From Phoronis australis (lineage: Eukaryota; Animalia; Phoronida), in contig NMRA01000187.1 in assembly GCA_002633005.1 (NCBI GenBank), positions 429,740-493,739 on the forward strand: 64,000 nt of DNA. The letters run 5' to 3'. The notes below the pieces were generated by a model. The model was not told the origin of the DNA and ran no database searches. It saw only the letters and a program-made list of their open reading frames with translations. The translations under genes and the position numbers were made by a program. Below, piece after piece: positions 51,052-64,000 of this stretch; the first letter of the stretch is position 1, and the number at the start of each line of letters is the position of its first letter.

Positions 51052-53859
51052 TTGTAGTGACACTGTTGGCGTGGATTTTTGTTACCGGTTGCATGAAGCA
51101 GTCCCAGAGAGGGACTCAAGTTCCATAATTTTTTACGTGTTTGTGTCGTTCTTTAGTCACAAACGTAATCGTATTTCTGTCATGTTATCTTCATTATGAA
51201 CTCGTTTTTGACAAATACCTTTGAACTGAGCCCGTGGGCCAATGATGGGGACCCGGTCCTTAAATTAGGGGCATTGCATGAGAAAAGATCACTGCTTATT
51301 CATATTGAGAATTCAACATATAATACATTCTTGATTTGTATCGAAATCAAAAGTGGACTAGAGCAGCATGTGAAAGAACAATCAGCGTTTCCAAAAGCTC
51401 ACAAATACGCAGTAAATTTAAGTCCTTATTTGGGAATTTTTCATGCAACCGGGCATTGGTCATAAACAACGGACTTTTGAAAAATTCTGGCACAGGAACA
51501 ATTTCGTCCACTTTTAGCTTTTTAAAATTTTGTTTACTGGCCACACCTTCGGAGATGACGAATTTCAAACAGTGTAATTTGTAGAAAAAGGAGCGGTTGA
51601 TATTTGGATTTCGTTGAGAAAATTTCCGATATAGCCTTCATTGGTGTTCTTTCCGAAACTTGGGGACGACCTGGGGCGACCATGGGGACAGTATACCCAC
51701 CATCTAATTTTTGTGTGACTGTCAGCCTATCCTTCTGTTGGCCCGGGCATAACTGCCACCCCACCCCCACCCCTGTAACCCCTCGTCATTGAAAGAGACA
51801 TAAAATTCTGTTGGTACAGCCTTTACGTTTGTCAAATATTTCGAATCGCATCGAATCCATTTCCCTCACGTCGCTTGCCAAACAACACGCGTCGCTTTAA
51901 AGCTCCCACATAGTTTGTGGGTTTATATTTTTTCCTGTCTCTTCACCAATTTACCTGCAGCCTTTTCTTTTTATGTCGCCTAACTGGAAATCGCGTGAAC
52001 AAGTGCTGCCGAGTGAATGTCAGAATTTTCATTTACGTTGTACTTTCAATTCTACAAAGTTAGCACGCAGTGGTACGATTGTGTGAGTTAAAATGTCCCC
52101 TAGATGTTCTATTCGAGATTGCTCATGAATTTGAGTGATGAAAAAAGTTATTAAAAGTGAGCGATTCGGGAAACACGTGGAAAAGTAATTAACTGCGATC
52201 AGTTTAAATTTCAAACGACAATGTTTCCCGTCAAAAACTAGAATTAGTTTTAACCTGAGACGAGGGTGAATTTAAGTATAAAACTTAACTACATAACCAG
52301 TTGTCGAGTGGCTTCACCACTGTGGCATAAATTTGCATAGTATAGTATGGTAAGTATCTCATATTGTTTTATTATTGATGTTAAGTGTATGTGCGAAAAT
52401 TGAATTAGCGTGATGCTGCGAAATTCATCGGTTTCGATAATCGCTGAATAGTGTGGAAGAAAAGTTCAGTTGCGCATTTTCGTCTCCAACGCTCGCGCGT
52501 ACATGTACAACATGTGACTCAGTCAAAAGACATGTTTCGTATCACGTGCTACCGTATAGGAGGAAACAACACCAAAGCACCCCTGCTGTTGTGTGGAACT
52601 TAGCGTTTTGCATGCTAAGTGCGTTTCGATTACACAATATCTCCAACAGTTTTCTTATGTCGTGAAAATATGTTACAAACTCGGAGTGAAAAGTCATGAT
52701 GTGTTTCCCTGAAAAGGAAAGATTGTTAGTGAAAACACAGATTGTACGTTCTCTGTGTGAAGAAAATTGTTAATTATTATCAAATCCTTTACAGTTTAGA
52801 GTAAGTAGTAATGCAAACTTTGCCACGTGAATCAATCGAGTCTCCGCTGGGCGAGCAACTCTCTAATTAGAATCGCTAGATGTGGTAAATTTTCTTTTTG
52901 TGAAATCTTATCGCCCTAATGACTCTCCGTTGTCGACAAACGGGCTTCTCGTATGTGTACGGCGAGTAACGCTACACCATGGTCCATTGAGAGAGTCGAG
53001 TCGGGTCTGGGAAATTCGAACCGATTTTTGATGATAGTTCATTTGGTTTTTGTTTTGTTTTATAAACTTCAGGCAGACTGTTTACTAGTTTTGACGACCC
53101 GGATGCTGGCTGGAGCCGTCTTACAGAAAAGGAATACCGCCATGCTGTATTCTGTACGGTTAATTTGATTTTTCACGTTTACAGAGAGGTTGAATATTTC
53201 TATAGGCAAAGTAATTATTGAGGGTGTGGACTAAGAATGTTACTGCCCTATACAAACTTTCTCGAGTTAGTTTCATCGAAAGCTATACTTTCATACTCTT
53301 TTTAAACTCGCTTTATTCCTTTTATTGATTCTAGAATCAAACGGTCAAATCCAGCACTCTTTTAACGTTGGCGGATATAGGATGTCGTAGGGGGTGGGGG
53401 GAGGGGGCAACCAAGCGTTTCGAATAAAAAAATTCCGCGTAATGCTTTTTTCTGACACTGCCCGCCTATCTTTAACTCGGAGCGGAATCAGGCATTTGCT
53501 CATCGTACTTTGATTTTTTCTTGTGTTCAGCAAAGATCGACTGTCTAATTAGTTCTCCATTTTACTGGCATCAGGATGAACAGCTGGACTCTGTGACTTG
53601 GAATTTATTTTAAAAGAGCTACATTTGGCTTTAGGGTAAAAAAACGCATTTTTAAAAATGTTTTAGCATGATGGACACCTTGAAGTTGTCCACATTGACC
53701 AAAGCTATAAAACAACATAACTCGTTCTGTTATCTGTGATGTTATAAGAAATCATCGATTCCCGACGTTGACTTCCAGCCATACCATAGAATTAATTGAA
53801 ATTGAGACATGTTAGGCTTATCTTGTCTTGGCTTAAAATACGGCTACTTGCCATCTTGT

Positions 53860-53910
53860 TGCAATATGGTGTTAGAGTGCGAGCGCTGAGGTCTTGGGTT
53901 CGAATCCATC
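53860..53910 (+). mobile_element. tRNA-derived SINE head fragment
   Basis: tggtgttagagtgc...gaggtcttgggttcgaatcc: A-box-like motif plus a good B box, without a full cloverleaf. Confidence 0.4.
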
Positions 53911-56157
53911 TTTTGTACCTGACATCAAATACATTGTCCCCGATAACATCACTGTAAATGTACAGGTGACATGATCCAAAGGTGGCATCGATAACCACCA
54001 TGTCTGCTTGATTTGCTCCAAGCTGTGTTCGATGCTCATTGGAAAGTCGCAAAACAGCCAACGCCGTCATTTACATTTCCGTGCATTGTCGAATTTTTTA
54101 GGAGGGCGTTGGCCGGTTCACACGACACATTCCAAAGTTTACGACTGCATGACGTCGATCTGTCAAAGCACCATCTCCGTCCACACGTTACTTGCCAATT
54201 TCACCTAATTTGAAAAGACGACACTAAAAGTAAAAAACCGGCTAGCACATTTATTTCGTGCGAGTCCGAGCACAAATCGACAACCGCCTGCCGTCAGTCT
54301 AATATTTTGAACGCAGTAGGAAACTTGTAGAAGCCAATTCTAACATTTTACGGTGTTATTTTAGTCCTGTTATATTTCACTAGTATTCACTTTGTATCAA
54401 TCTATACGAGCTGCATCATTGTAGTAATCCAACTTTCCTTAAGCCAATTTACCACAATAATTTTAAAAATTGACGTTTTGGTCAGGCGGTCCATTCCACT
54501 TTGTCAAATTATAACCTTGTCCTTTTGATTAGTTTTATGAGAAATTAAGACATTCTTATAAATGTGATAAATTTTCGGCATACAGGTAGACCTTTTAACC
54601 AATTTGTCCGTAGTGGCTCATTTTCAAAAAATAATGGACATTGAAAGTTACATCACTAAAAACATCATTTAAAAAATTGAATTCATCAGATCTTGATCTT
54701 TTTGATCCGTGTATAGAAAATCCCCAGTGTTGAGTGTTCTTATAATCTCTTAAGTTCTCTTGTTGCAATAATCGCGTGTAGTCGCATAAGTCCGAGACAT
54801 TGGGAATCATGTCAAAAGCTCGTAAATTATTGTCGAGTTTCAAGTCCAAACACGGATTTAACAACTTTGACAAAGAACATTTCTGAGTCTGTTAAAGTTG
54901 TTGGACCCGAGTTTGATGAACAAAGAGATTAAAATTCAAATAAACCCGAAGTTGCTATTTTTGTGAAGCGATGGTAATCATATGCCGATGCCCTCAGCGT
55001 GTTGGTGGACAATCAAGACGGCGAAAACTTGTTGTTTCAATTGCAGACAATTCAAAACCAGCCAAAAGGGTAAAAACAATGATTCGACAACTAAAGTAAG
55101 GCGTTAGTTTTGTTTACACTTATCCCGCTACCGATATTGCAACACGAACTCATATTTCTTACTTCATTACGATTCAAAATTGTTCTCCACCTCTGCAATA
55201 ACTTCTAACACTTGTTGTGTAATAAGTCCAAGACAAAAGAAATGTACACGTAGTTACGATTAGAAGAATAGCGTCCTATTAATTCACAAATAATTTTGCA
55301 GACTCGTTAAATATCTTGAGTCTGTACAACTTATTGACTACATGACAAGTATTTGATTATTTTTTTGCTTCTGGTGAAAATCGAAACAGCTGATTTCAAT
55401 GTTTATAAATCGAAAGGTTATAGAGGGGTTACTTGAAAGCCGTTTCCGCGTCGCCTTGTGGTCTAGCTGTGCAATCGTTCCGTTTATACATGTATGGTGT
55501 TTCTTAGCGATAACCTGTCAACGAGAAACCTTCTCATGAATTTCTTTTTAATTAATCAGTCGTATCGTTTTACCTCTAGACGCCTATCACGACGTCAAGT
55601 TAGGGTGCCAGTTTCGTTTTCATCAGAATATTTTTTATGCTTGCTACAGGTACGCGGCTATTTTTCAACGTAATATAAATCATCATTCGAGTATTTAGTA
55701 AGTTTTTAATTTAATTTCAAAATCAAATACGCGTGGACAGGAAACGCATATCGAAACTGAACTCGCTTGGCATGATTGATGATCCAAAGATTGAAACATT
55801 AATGAAATCAATCGCCATCTCAGTGTTAATTAAATGTAGTTTTCGCTGTTTTGAAACTTAACTCTAAATTAAAGAAGAATATGGCGCGTGTTAAGCGGCG
55901 TCGAGGACCACTAAATTACATATATGTTACCAAACACACGTGGTTGTTTTTAGTTAAAAAGAAATGATTTGTAAAATAGTAAGGAACGAGTGAATATGCA
56001 CTTAATGGTACATTATCGGCGAGAAAAGAGATTTTTTTTCTGAGATGAGCCTCAACGTAGAATCAAACCTACTACCCCGCGGTCACTCTTAAACGCGCTG
56101 TTGACTGTGCTAAATCCCACTAGATAAATGGTAATTTTAATTGTATTTAAATCTGCA

Positions 56158-56436
56158 TTTGGCTCTGTTTAGCTGGCTAAAAACGAAAACGGAATTAGAT
56201 ATTTTACTCTCATAAAATCGATGTCGCGAGAGTCCTTATCTTGATAAGATTCCATTTCCGTTACTAACGTCACAAGCAATGCGTATATGTGCCATTTTCG
56301 AATCCGTAATTTAGGATTCGCTTGCTGGTAACGGAAAAAAGAATCCTAACGCTGCAAGGAATTGTATGATACAGGTTTTATGAGAATAAAATACATAATT
56401 CGATTCTTGTGTTTTAGCTAGCTAAACAAGGCGAAG
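56158..56436. mobile_element. MITE family B copy
   Basis: tgtttagctggctaaaaacgaaaa ... gttttagctagctaaacaaggcgaa; interior is the reverse complement of the 34430-34560 segment. Confidence 0.65.
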
Positions 56437-57586
56437 CATAGTTTGAGCAGGTAAAGTAACCGGCCTTTTGATTTCAGCGAGTGTCTGGCAGACAAAGGCG
56501 AGAATGAGCCATTTGTAATCAAATCACAAAAATGCTATGGATTTCGTAGTTTTATAGTTGTTGTAAAAGCTGATAACTTAAGAAAGGCTGTCCCATCCCA
56601 CAACAATTCTAAAGTGTATTTTCGCCTGTATAACTGCTACTTCCAGCAGATTGCACGGGGAAATGTTGCTGTCTGAGGCGAGTTGTTGTGTATAAAATAT
56701 CAAAGTTTAGTCAAGTTTCAAAATAACATTCCACGGTGTTGTGTAGTAAGCTTTCTACTTTTTCTCAATGTTGCTACATTTCATTTTTATTGAAGCCGAA
56801 TTGAATATTTCGCAAAAATCGAGTGTATTTGGTTTAACAGATCAACATTTTGAAAATCTGTGAGAAAAATTAAAACAATGATACGAATCTTTTTCAATTT
56901 CAAAAAGTTATTTCGAACGTATTTTACACCATTCTGTGCATGTCTAAATGCTTGGTGAAATTTAGAAGCAGTTGCGAAACCTCTCTCGTAATCTAACCAT
57001 ATCGGAGATTTTGGTGTTATTGCAGACTTTCTGCACCAACGCCTGTTTAAAGCTTCTGACGAGTGTTTGTAATGAAACCCTGGATATTTTGCTACTGATA
57101 TTTCGTATAAAGTTAATCATTAACTCTATCATTGTTCCTCAGTTTTTTCCACTTCATTAAACATGCGTGTTGTTTAAACTAACAAATGGTTTCACGTGAA
57201 ATGAATCACATCTCAACATAAAACATCTCGTATGACAAAAATGAAATCAACTGTAATTTAAACCCGGGCATTATTTTAATGAAAATTGGAGGAATTGAGT
57301 GCATTCAAACTACGCTGTGTAATTTCATTCGAGGTGGGAAAAATAAAACGTAACGGTTCTAAAGTTTTAAAACCGTAGTGTTTTTTGTCACACAGCCCGC
57401 AAGTTGTAAAATCTTTTTCGGTCGAAATCAGTCGAGCTTAGAAATGGGATTGACTTTTTAACGAAAGAAACAAATCAGGCTTTCCAATTAAACCAAAACC
57501 TAAACTGCATACATACGAGCAATATTTCCATCATGTCCACTGCATTTTATTTCGCGCATATCCAGAGCTGGATCCATAGCACCCGC

Positions 57587-57864
57587 CATGCGTGCACCCA
57601 GCCTAAAATATAGGGGAGGGGGTTCGAATTTCTCGATACTAGGACCTTTTACTGAACAAAATCAACGAGGACTAAAAAAAAAAAAAAAACGGGGCCACTA
57701 GGTTCAGGCCTACGAACTGCGCATCTGCGCCAATTTCCTGTGTCATTTGTGTTGTTTACTTAGACTTTTTGTTTCACTGAGGCGGACCTTTTTGCCCAAT
57801 TCACCACTGAATTGTGGGGCTCGTTCGAGCCCTCCGAGCCCCCCACACCCTGGGTGCGCCCATG
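57587..57864. mobile_element. MITE family A copy 4
   Basis: catgcgtgcacccag...ctgggtgcgcccatg; perfect TSD cccgc/cccgc. Confidence 0.88.
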
Positions 57865-58782
57865 CCCGCGTTCAACGCTTTTGTATTACTATAACTTAAT
57901 AAAGGCTCTAAAATGCTCCTATAAGCCTGTCCACTGCCCATCCCCCTCTGGTCACGTTCCTGGATCCGTGCCTGACAAGAAACCGACTCGCTGATTGCTG
58001 TGGTTTCAATATTGCCACCATCGTCAGGCGCGTGCTTGCGTTACATTTCCGATTTCCAAGCAAAATCAAACTCATGTCTTTTGTGCCTGGCAGAGGTAAT
58101 AACCAAACGTAAGCAGTGAAGAAAATCACGCAACAATCGTTATTGCGAATATTGTTAAGTGAAGTCTGAGGCAAAAATTGCGTTCTTACTGCGAAAGGCA
58201 AGAATTGTGTTTGTGTGAAAGTTATTTAGGTACTTCAAAGTTTATTATTGCACGACTTTCCTCAATACAATATAAACTAATACAGTGATACAAAGACCCC
58301 AGTAGTTGCCAGTTAACGGTGTTTTCTCGTAACATGCTTCGTTATCTTCACGGTTGGGACTTTAGAAATACGTATAAATGAAATAGCGATTCAGTAGACA
58401 TATGGAAAATCTTTCAAAATGAAGATTAATTGTCGGTTGTTTTGGAATAAATCGATTATTTGTCACAGACTGTTAAGTTATACGTTGAACATGAGGTTAT
58501 TGTCAAGAAATTCTCTGATATGAAATGCACCTTTGCAGTGACATTTTATCACTGAACTTACTAGCGAGTTCGTTTTTCCAACAGGGGTCTTCAGATTGTT
58601 GATGTTCAATAGATATTGTTAAAAAACTTACACTTTCGACGGGTTATCTTGAGTTGCTCGTTTTAAAGAGAAGATCCAAATTTCAGCCAAACATACTTTG
58701 TACGGAATAAGGAATGTAATAATATCAATAATTGGTGATAAATTAAAGAATTGCGATGAGCATGGTTTTTGTTTAATGCTTC

Positions 58783-59005
58783 ATTTCTCCCAGCTTAACG
58801 AGCTAAAAACGAAAACAAGGACAACGAAACCATCAACGACTTCATAAAACGCTTGATAGTTTATTGGCGTTGGCAATCCTAAAATTGTGAATTCGCACGT
58901 AGACAATTTAAGTTGATAGCGGAAATACAATCCTATCACGGACCGAATTTGAGAGTAAAAGGCCTAATTCAATTTTCGTTTTTAGTCAGGTAAACAAGGC
59001 GAAAT
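58783..59005. mobile_element. MITE family B copy
   Basis: gctaaaaacgaaaa ... ttttcgtttttagtcaggtaaacaaggcgaaat. Confidence 0.6.
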
Positions 59006-59543
59006 GTAATTTTTGATATCATCCAGTTCTCCTTAAAGAGTTAGTTTATCTAAAATACATCTTACTGATGATATGTGTTCAAATGACCACTCAGTGTCTT
59101 TCACTCTCTCTGATAGTATGCGTTGAGCAAACCACCTGGCGAATAGAAATATAAGTTCTGTTAGTTTCGTTTAGTGATAAACACCACAGCTTTCCCGTTG
59201 TTTTGGCAACATGGGAGACAATTAGGCTTAGCCAACGGGATTAGGAAAGATCGAATGCCATAATTAGCAACAAGTCGATGATTATCCGTAGAAGTAGTTT
59301 ACCGCTGTCTAATTGAAAAACGGCGTTGACTGGACCTTTCTATAAACATCACGTCAATGCCGTGACGCAATGTGTTATTTTGATACACCCGAGAGTTTCG
59401 TACTTTATACCAACAGCTTGAGCGAACAAATAAACGCGCCGTCAGTTTGTAACTCCACAACCTCATGTTGGATCGGCGAAGTATCGCCAAGCGAGATACA
59501 GGTACATTATATGCACGCATTTAGGTCCAGGCAGCTGCATGTA

Positions 59544-59789
59544 CATGGGCGCACCCAAGGGGGTGGCGAATTGGGCAAAAAGGTCCACCTCAGCTAAACA
59601 AAAAGTCCGAGTAAAGGAGACAAAAGTCCACAAAGCCCATAGCAATTCGGCGCGGATGCACAATCCGTAGGCCTGAACCTAGTGGCCCCATTTTTTTTTT
59701 TTTTTTTAGTCCTCGCTGATTTTTTCAGTAACAGGTACGCATACCGAAAAATTCGAGCCCCCCATTAATTTAGGCTGGGTATGCGCATG
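59544..59789. mobile_element. MITE family A copy 5
   Basis: catgggcgcaccca...ctgggtatgcgcatg; perfect TSD atgta/atgta. Confidence 0.88.
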
Positions 59790-62700
59790 ATGTAAACCTG
59801 AGCCTGTATTCGAATTTGGCGCACACTACCTTAGAAAATACATGCCATTTGAGTAGGTATAACAGCCTGCTAGAGAAGGTTTGAGTTGCCCCTTACAATA
59901 TATGTACATGCAGACATAAAGCGAAAAACAAAGGCTTGATAGAGCAAACCCCAAACCCCAAGTTAAAGATACAGAACTGCACAACATACATCTGCCTGCT
60001 TTCACACGTGAAGCTTATACGCATGCGCGTACATGTATGTTCGAAACACCCGAGCAGGAATAACAATTTGAAAACGTATCATTTCAAGTATAGACACATA
60101 GACCTCAATGCGCTCATTTATGGTTCCAAATGGGTAACAAGCTGGAGGTACCTTTAAAACCACACTTGCGTGTGCACACGCGAGTATGTTGTACGTTATG
60201 CGCTCAAATGTGTTCTTAGATAAACAGTGACTAAAACATACAGTGTAATTATACATCTACAATCCTAATCTTTTCACACTCATTGTTAATAACACAACGC
60301 ACATACGCATTGTTCTTTTCAGGTGGGCACTTAAACTTAAAAGACTTCCAGTACACCATCAGGACATTTTTATGATTTCAGTATGCTACTAAGATCAATT
60401 TATCGATATTCACGCTCTTTGTAAGACTTGCCACACGTAACTTGAGAGTTGGGCTCACGCAATCTGTGTCTACATCTCTGTCCCATTTTTTGTGTGTTTT
60501 AGCTGTAAAAATCTTCCTTTAAGCATTTTTAGAAGTAATCGACCCCTTTAGACCTCCGAGGTTAGCATGTCTCTTTCAGTTTGTTTACTTTCCTTCGGGC
60601 CTGATATAGATTTTCACTCGTGCTAACAGTTTGTTTTTTGTCATGTAAATCAGTCAACTAAACATATAAATATTGTTTCAACACGTGTAGAAAAAGTATA
60701 CTGTAGAGAGAGGGTTTACCAATAAAATGGAAACGAAAAATAAATATTAATGGTTGTTTATATTGATTCTGGTAAAATGACATTGAATCATACAAATTTA
60801 AATACAAATATGGTTCTTCCGTAACTTCGATATGCGTAACCAGATAACAAAAATGCACACAAATCAACATGAAATGATAAATTTAAGCTGCTTTGAAATA
60901 AAATTGTTTGAAGATTTTGTATTCGATGCTCTTACTAAGAAAGTCTTCCATGTTTAAAGAGAATGAAGCATGTACTATAATTTCAATTCCTTCCAATATT
61001 CTGACGATGTAGAACCGTCTATCAATGGGAATTCTATAGGTTTTCTTGCTACGTACAAGACGTCGTCACGGGCTAGTCACGACGACCAGATTGGTACACA
61101 ATGCATTCATATCGAAAACTAAAGACGCGGCCATTTAATTTCAGCGGTTTGAATTAGCTCTTCATGGTGAAATTCACGTACATGTATCGAAATATATCAC
61201 TGAAATAACAACACTCCGTAAATTACAGCCTTGTAAATACTTGAGCCTCGTTACCATACACGTGGATTGAAATTCGCTATTGTCCAACTTCTACGGCCAT
61301 TTTGTGATGCACCACCACAAATATCACTAAATGTTATATTTTAAATTTTATTTATCTTGAAGAAAAACGAAAGAACGTCAATTGGGAATAGGTTTGGGGT
61401 AGATTAGTTTCATGCGTTGTTTTTCATTTCATGACGTTTTGAACTAAAACGAAGCCGAAATAGTAACTCAAATTAATGACAAATCCCTCATAACAACCGC
61501 GTGATTTCAAACTCGATCGAAACGAACAACTTTAGGAATTTGAAATATATCAGTAATTGAACTAGTTTGTTTCATTACGTTTTTGCATTCTCGAAGTGTT
61601 GTGATACTAATCTTATAGATATAAGGGCTTCAAATTTTAATATGTTTCTTACTTCTATTAGGGTGTGGCTTCGCAGAAGTTGTGTATAACCCATTGGCCA
61701 GAATGGGAAATGTTACGTCAAACAGAACGTTTAGTTTATTCAGCGATCCAGCTACGCTTTCTTGAACGAAAGAAAATGTCCATTTTTATTTTACACGGAG
61801 ATAGCTGAAATAACGCCCAGACGTCTCTAACATTTACTGTTGAATCTGACGATGATAAAGTAGCAGAACATTTTGTAAACAATAATCTCATGTCATTTGT
61901 GCTACAAAACAGGTAAACTGTTCGAAAGATTATTTTAAAAAACGGCTCCCAGAACGCGAGTAAGTTTGAACTTGTGCAATGATAAAAAAGTACCGTGAAA
62001 TTAATGGTTTTTATCACGTCTACGTGCGATGCTTGAAATGTAAACGTTTTAAAATTAAATTTGCCTAAGTTTTCAATTGTCTCCGTTTCATCTAAAGTTT
62101 ACCATCATCGAATGCAAAACAAATCAACGTCACAGTTTCTAATGCAATACACGCAGAATCACTGAATATTGAAAATGTAATTTCAATTGACTTTGCAATT
62201 CGCGAGCTTGGTCTTAAAGTAAAAATTACTCTAAAATCGACTGCTTAGCAAATATTAAAAGACGGACAATGGCCGCACAAATAAAAATGTTCATGTTCGT
62301 GTTATTGTGAGGCGATTGTCCGTTTTTTTAATCCTTCTATGGCCAAAAACTGGCGTAATAAAGCAAATATGCTCACACATTCTAGTATCTACGGGTTTAC
62401 AATGCAGCGACTGTTACCAAGTGAAATCTATTTTTTCTCGCGCTGCAAGCAGTCTTGAGCCAGTCATTCATTGTCCGAAGTCCTTGGACGATTTCACAGA
62501 CAGTAGCCCGATATCGCCTTTCATTGTCCAGACGAAGCGTAAATGAATCCCTTTCAGAGTATAACTTGAGAACCTATTAGTCCGTGACTTCGATGGCCCG
62601 CTTTTCCTCGCCAATATTTGACAAAAATTTTATGTCAACGCAAAACACGAGAATACAGTTGAAAATCAAATTTATTCTGGTTAATGCATCTTCATGCGAT

Positions 62701-63329
62701 GTGTCAATACAATTGGCTGTTACCTTTTGTTTGTTCGACAGTACAGTAAATGGGTTTGCGTTGAGAGAAGTCAACATTTGGGAGCTTAACTGTGACTGAC
62801 AAGTAAATTCGCGGTTAATCTTCCAGTCCGCCGCTGGTCTCTGCTGTTCGTGAGTGATGAGAGAACGATTAGTCATACGTATACGTATGTTTCTTACCAA
62901 TAACGCTACCAACTCGCGATACGATAAGTTTCACTTAACGTCGAATGATTTCATAATGCCGTCTTTATTAAATGTAGATTTATTATAATTTACACACAAA
63001 AAGGAATTTGACATAGAGCCTTACTATGTTATTTGGCTTCGTTCACAGATGTACTGTAACAAACGCCGGGTGATGTATTATATTGTTTTCTTATAAACGA
63101 CGAGTATATAACATGCTAATTATTTTTGTATTTAAAAACCACATTTCCTCCTCTTTAGGTGTAGAAAAACAGGCTAAAATGAATACTCCTGCATGTACCT
63201 TCAACGCCTACCACGAGACAACGTTATTTCCGTTGACACGATCAAGGTACAGGGATTTAGGAGTCATAAAACGTTTCAGAAGTATACGGCCTGCCAAACC
63301 TTCCAAAAGTTAACTGTTTGAAATCAATT

Positions 63330-63334
<5 letters not shown>

Positions 63335-63396
<62 letters not shown>
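63335..63396. repeat. (TC)n microsatellite, ~31 units
   Basis: Uninterrupted tc run. Confidence 0.99.
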
Positions 63397-63401
<5 letters not shown>

Positions 63402-64000
63402 CGACTCTATGCTAAAAGCGACAACATCATTACAGCACGGATATTTCACGTCTAATGTGGTGGGCAAATTCTTATTTTCTGTGGAAAACAAGGGGAAATT
63501 TAAACAGTTCTTACTTCAACATCGACTCACAGGCAACATCGTAGTCTGGAAAGGGGAACCTACAGTAGAAGTTTGAGCGCATGGCGCGTTTAGTATACGT
63601 GTACACTTTCGGTGGAGCAGCTGAAAATGGAAAACAAAGGAACTTGGCTGGCATCGTCACGACGATAGAAAGTATACAAAAAACGTAGCGTGCATTAATT
63701 GCGTATTTGATATTTTTAAATGGTGATATCAATTCCGCTGGAGATAAAGCTATTTCTCAGTGTTATTTAAGGTTATGTAGGACGTTATTGGCGAGTACAC
63801 ATATTTGCTAAATATACAAGGCCAGTAATTTGGTCACGTGACCACTCCCTTTTTAGTAAAATTTAATAGGAAAGAATGACACAATCATAGAAAAACAAAG
63901 GTAGGAATAACGTGGCCAATTGTCGTTTGGTATAAATGTTCATGATGAAATCTCAAAAAATACTGTTGTACTTTTCTAAATTATCATTTCGCTTTCGTTT

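Noticed and set aside
53860-53910. Possible tRNA gene
   Set aside because: B box present but no complete cloverleaf; treated as a SINE head fragment.

Overview
AT-rich, intron-containing animal (invertebrate-like) genomic DNA, not prokaryotic. Five spliced protein-coding genes were assembled by hand with GT-AG introns and consistent phases: an atypical two-exon bZIP of the Fos/ATF3/BATF type (+, 211-3387); CRIPT (-, 6929-12054); an SRSF3/7-like RRM protein with long low-complexity tails (+, 14064-18492); ZW10 (-, 20637-30225); and SCFD1/Sly1 (+, 30784-46522). CRIPT and the SR gene are head-to-head, as are ZW10 and SCFD1, whose start codons are only about 560 bp apart. The last ~17 kb has no recognisable gene and is dominated by non-coding DNA with MITE/SINE copies. 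Main points of interest: the ZW10-SCFD1 divergent pair (both tied to the syntaxin-18 ER SNARE machinery), a bZIP lacking both invariant basic-region residues, a CATG-terminated MITE family with 5-bp target-site duplications, and a 30-bp intronic minisatellite carrying many perfect 5' splice sites next to a duplicated SCFD1 exon that is probably an assembly artefact. Gene identities rest on recalled family sequences; no database search was run.
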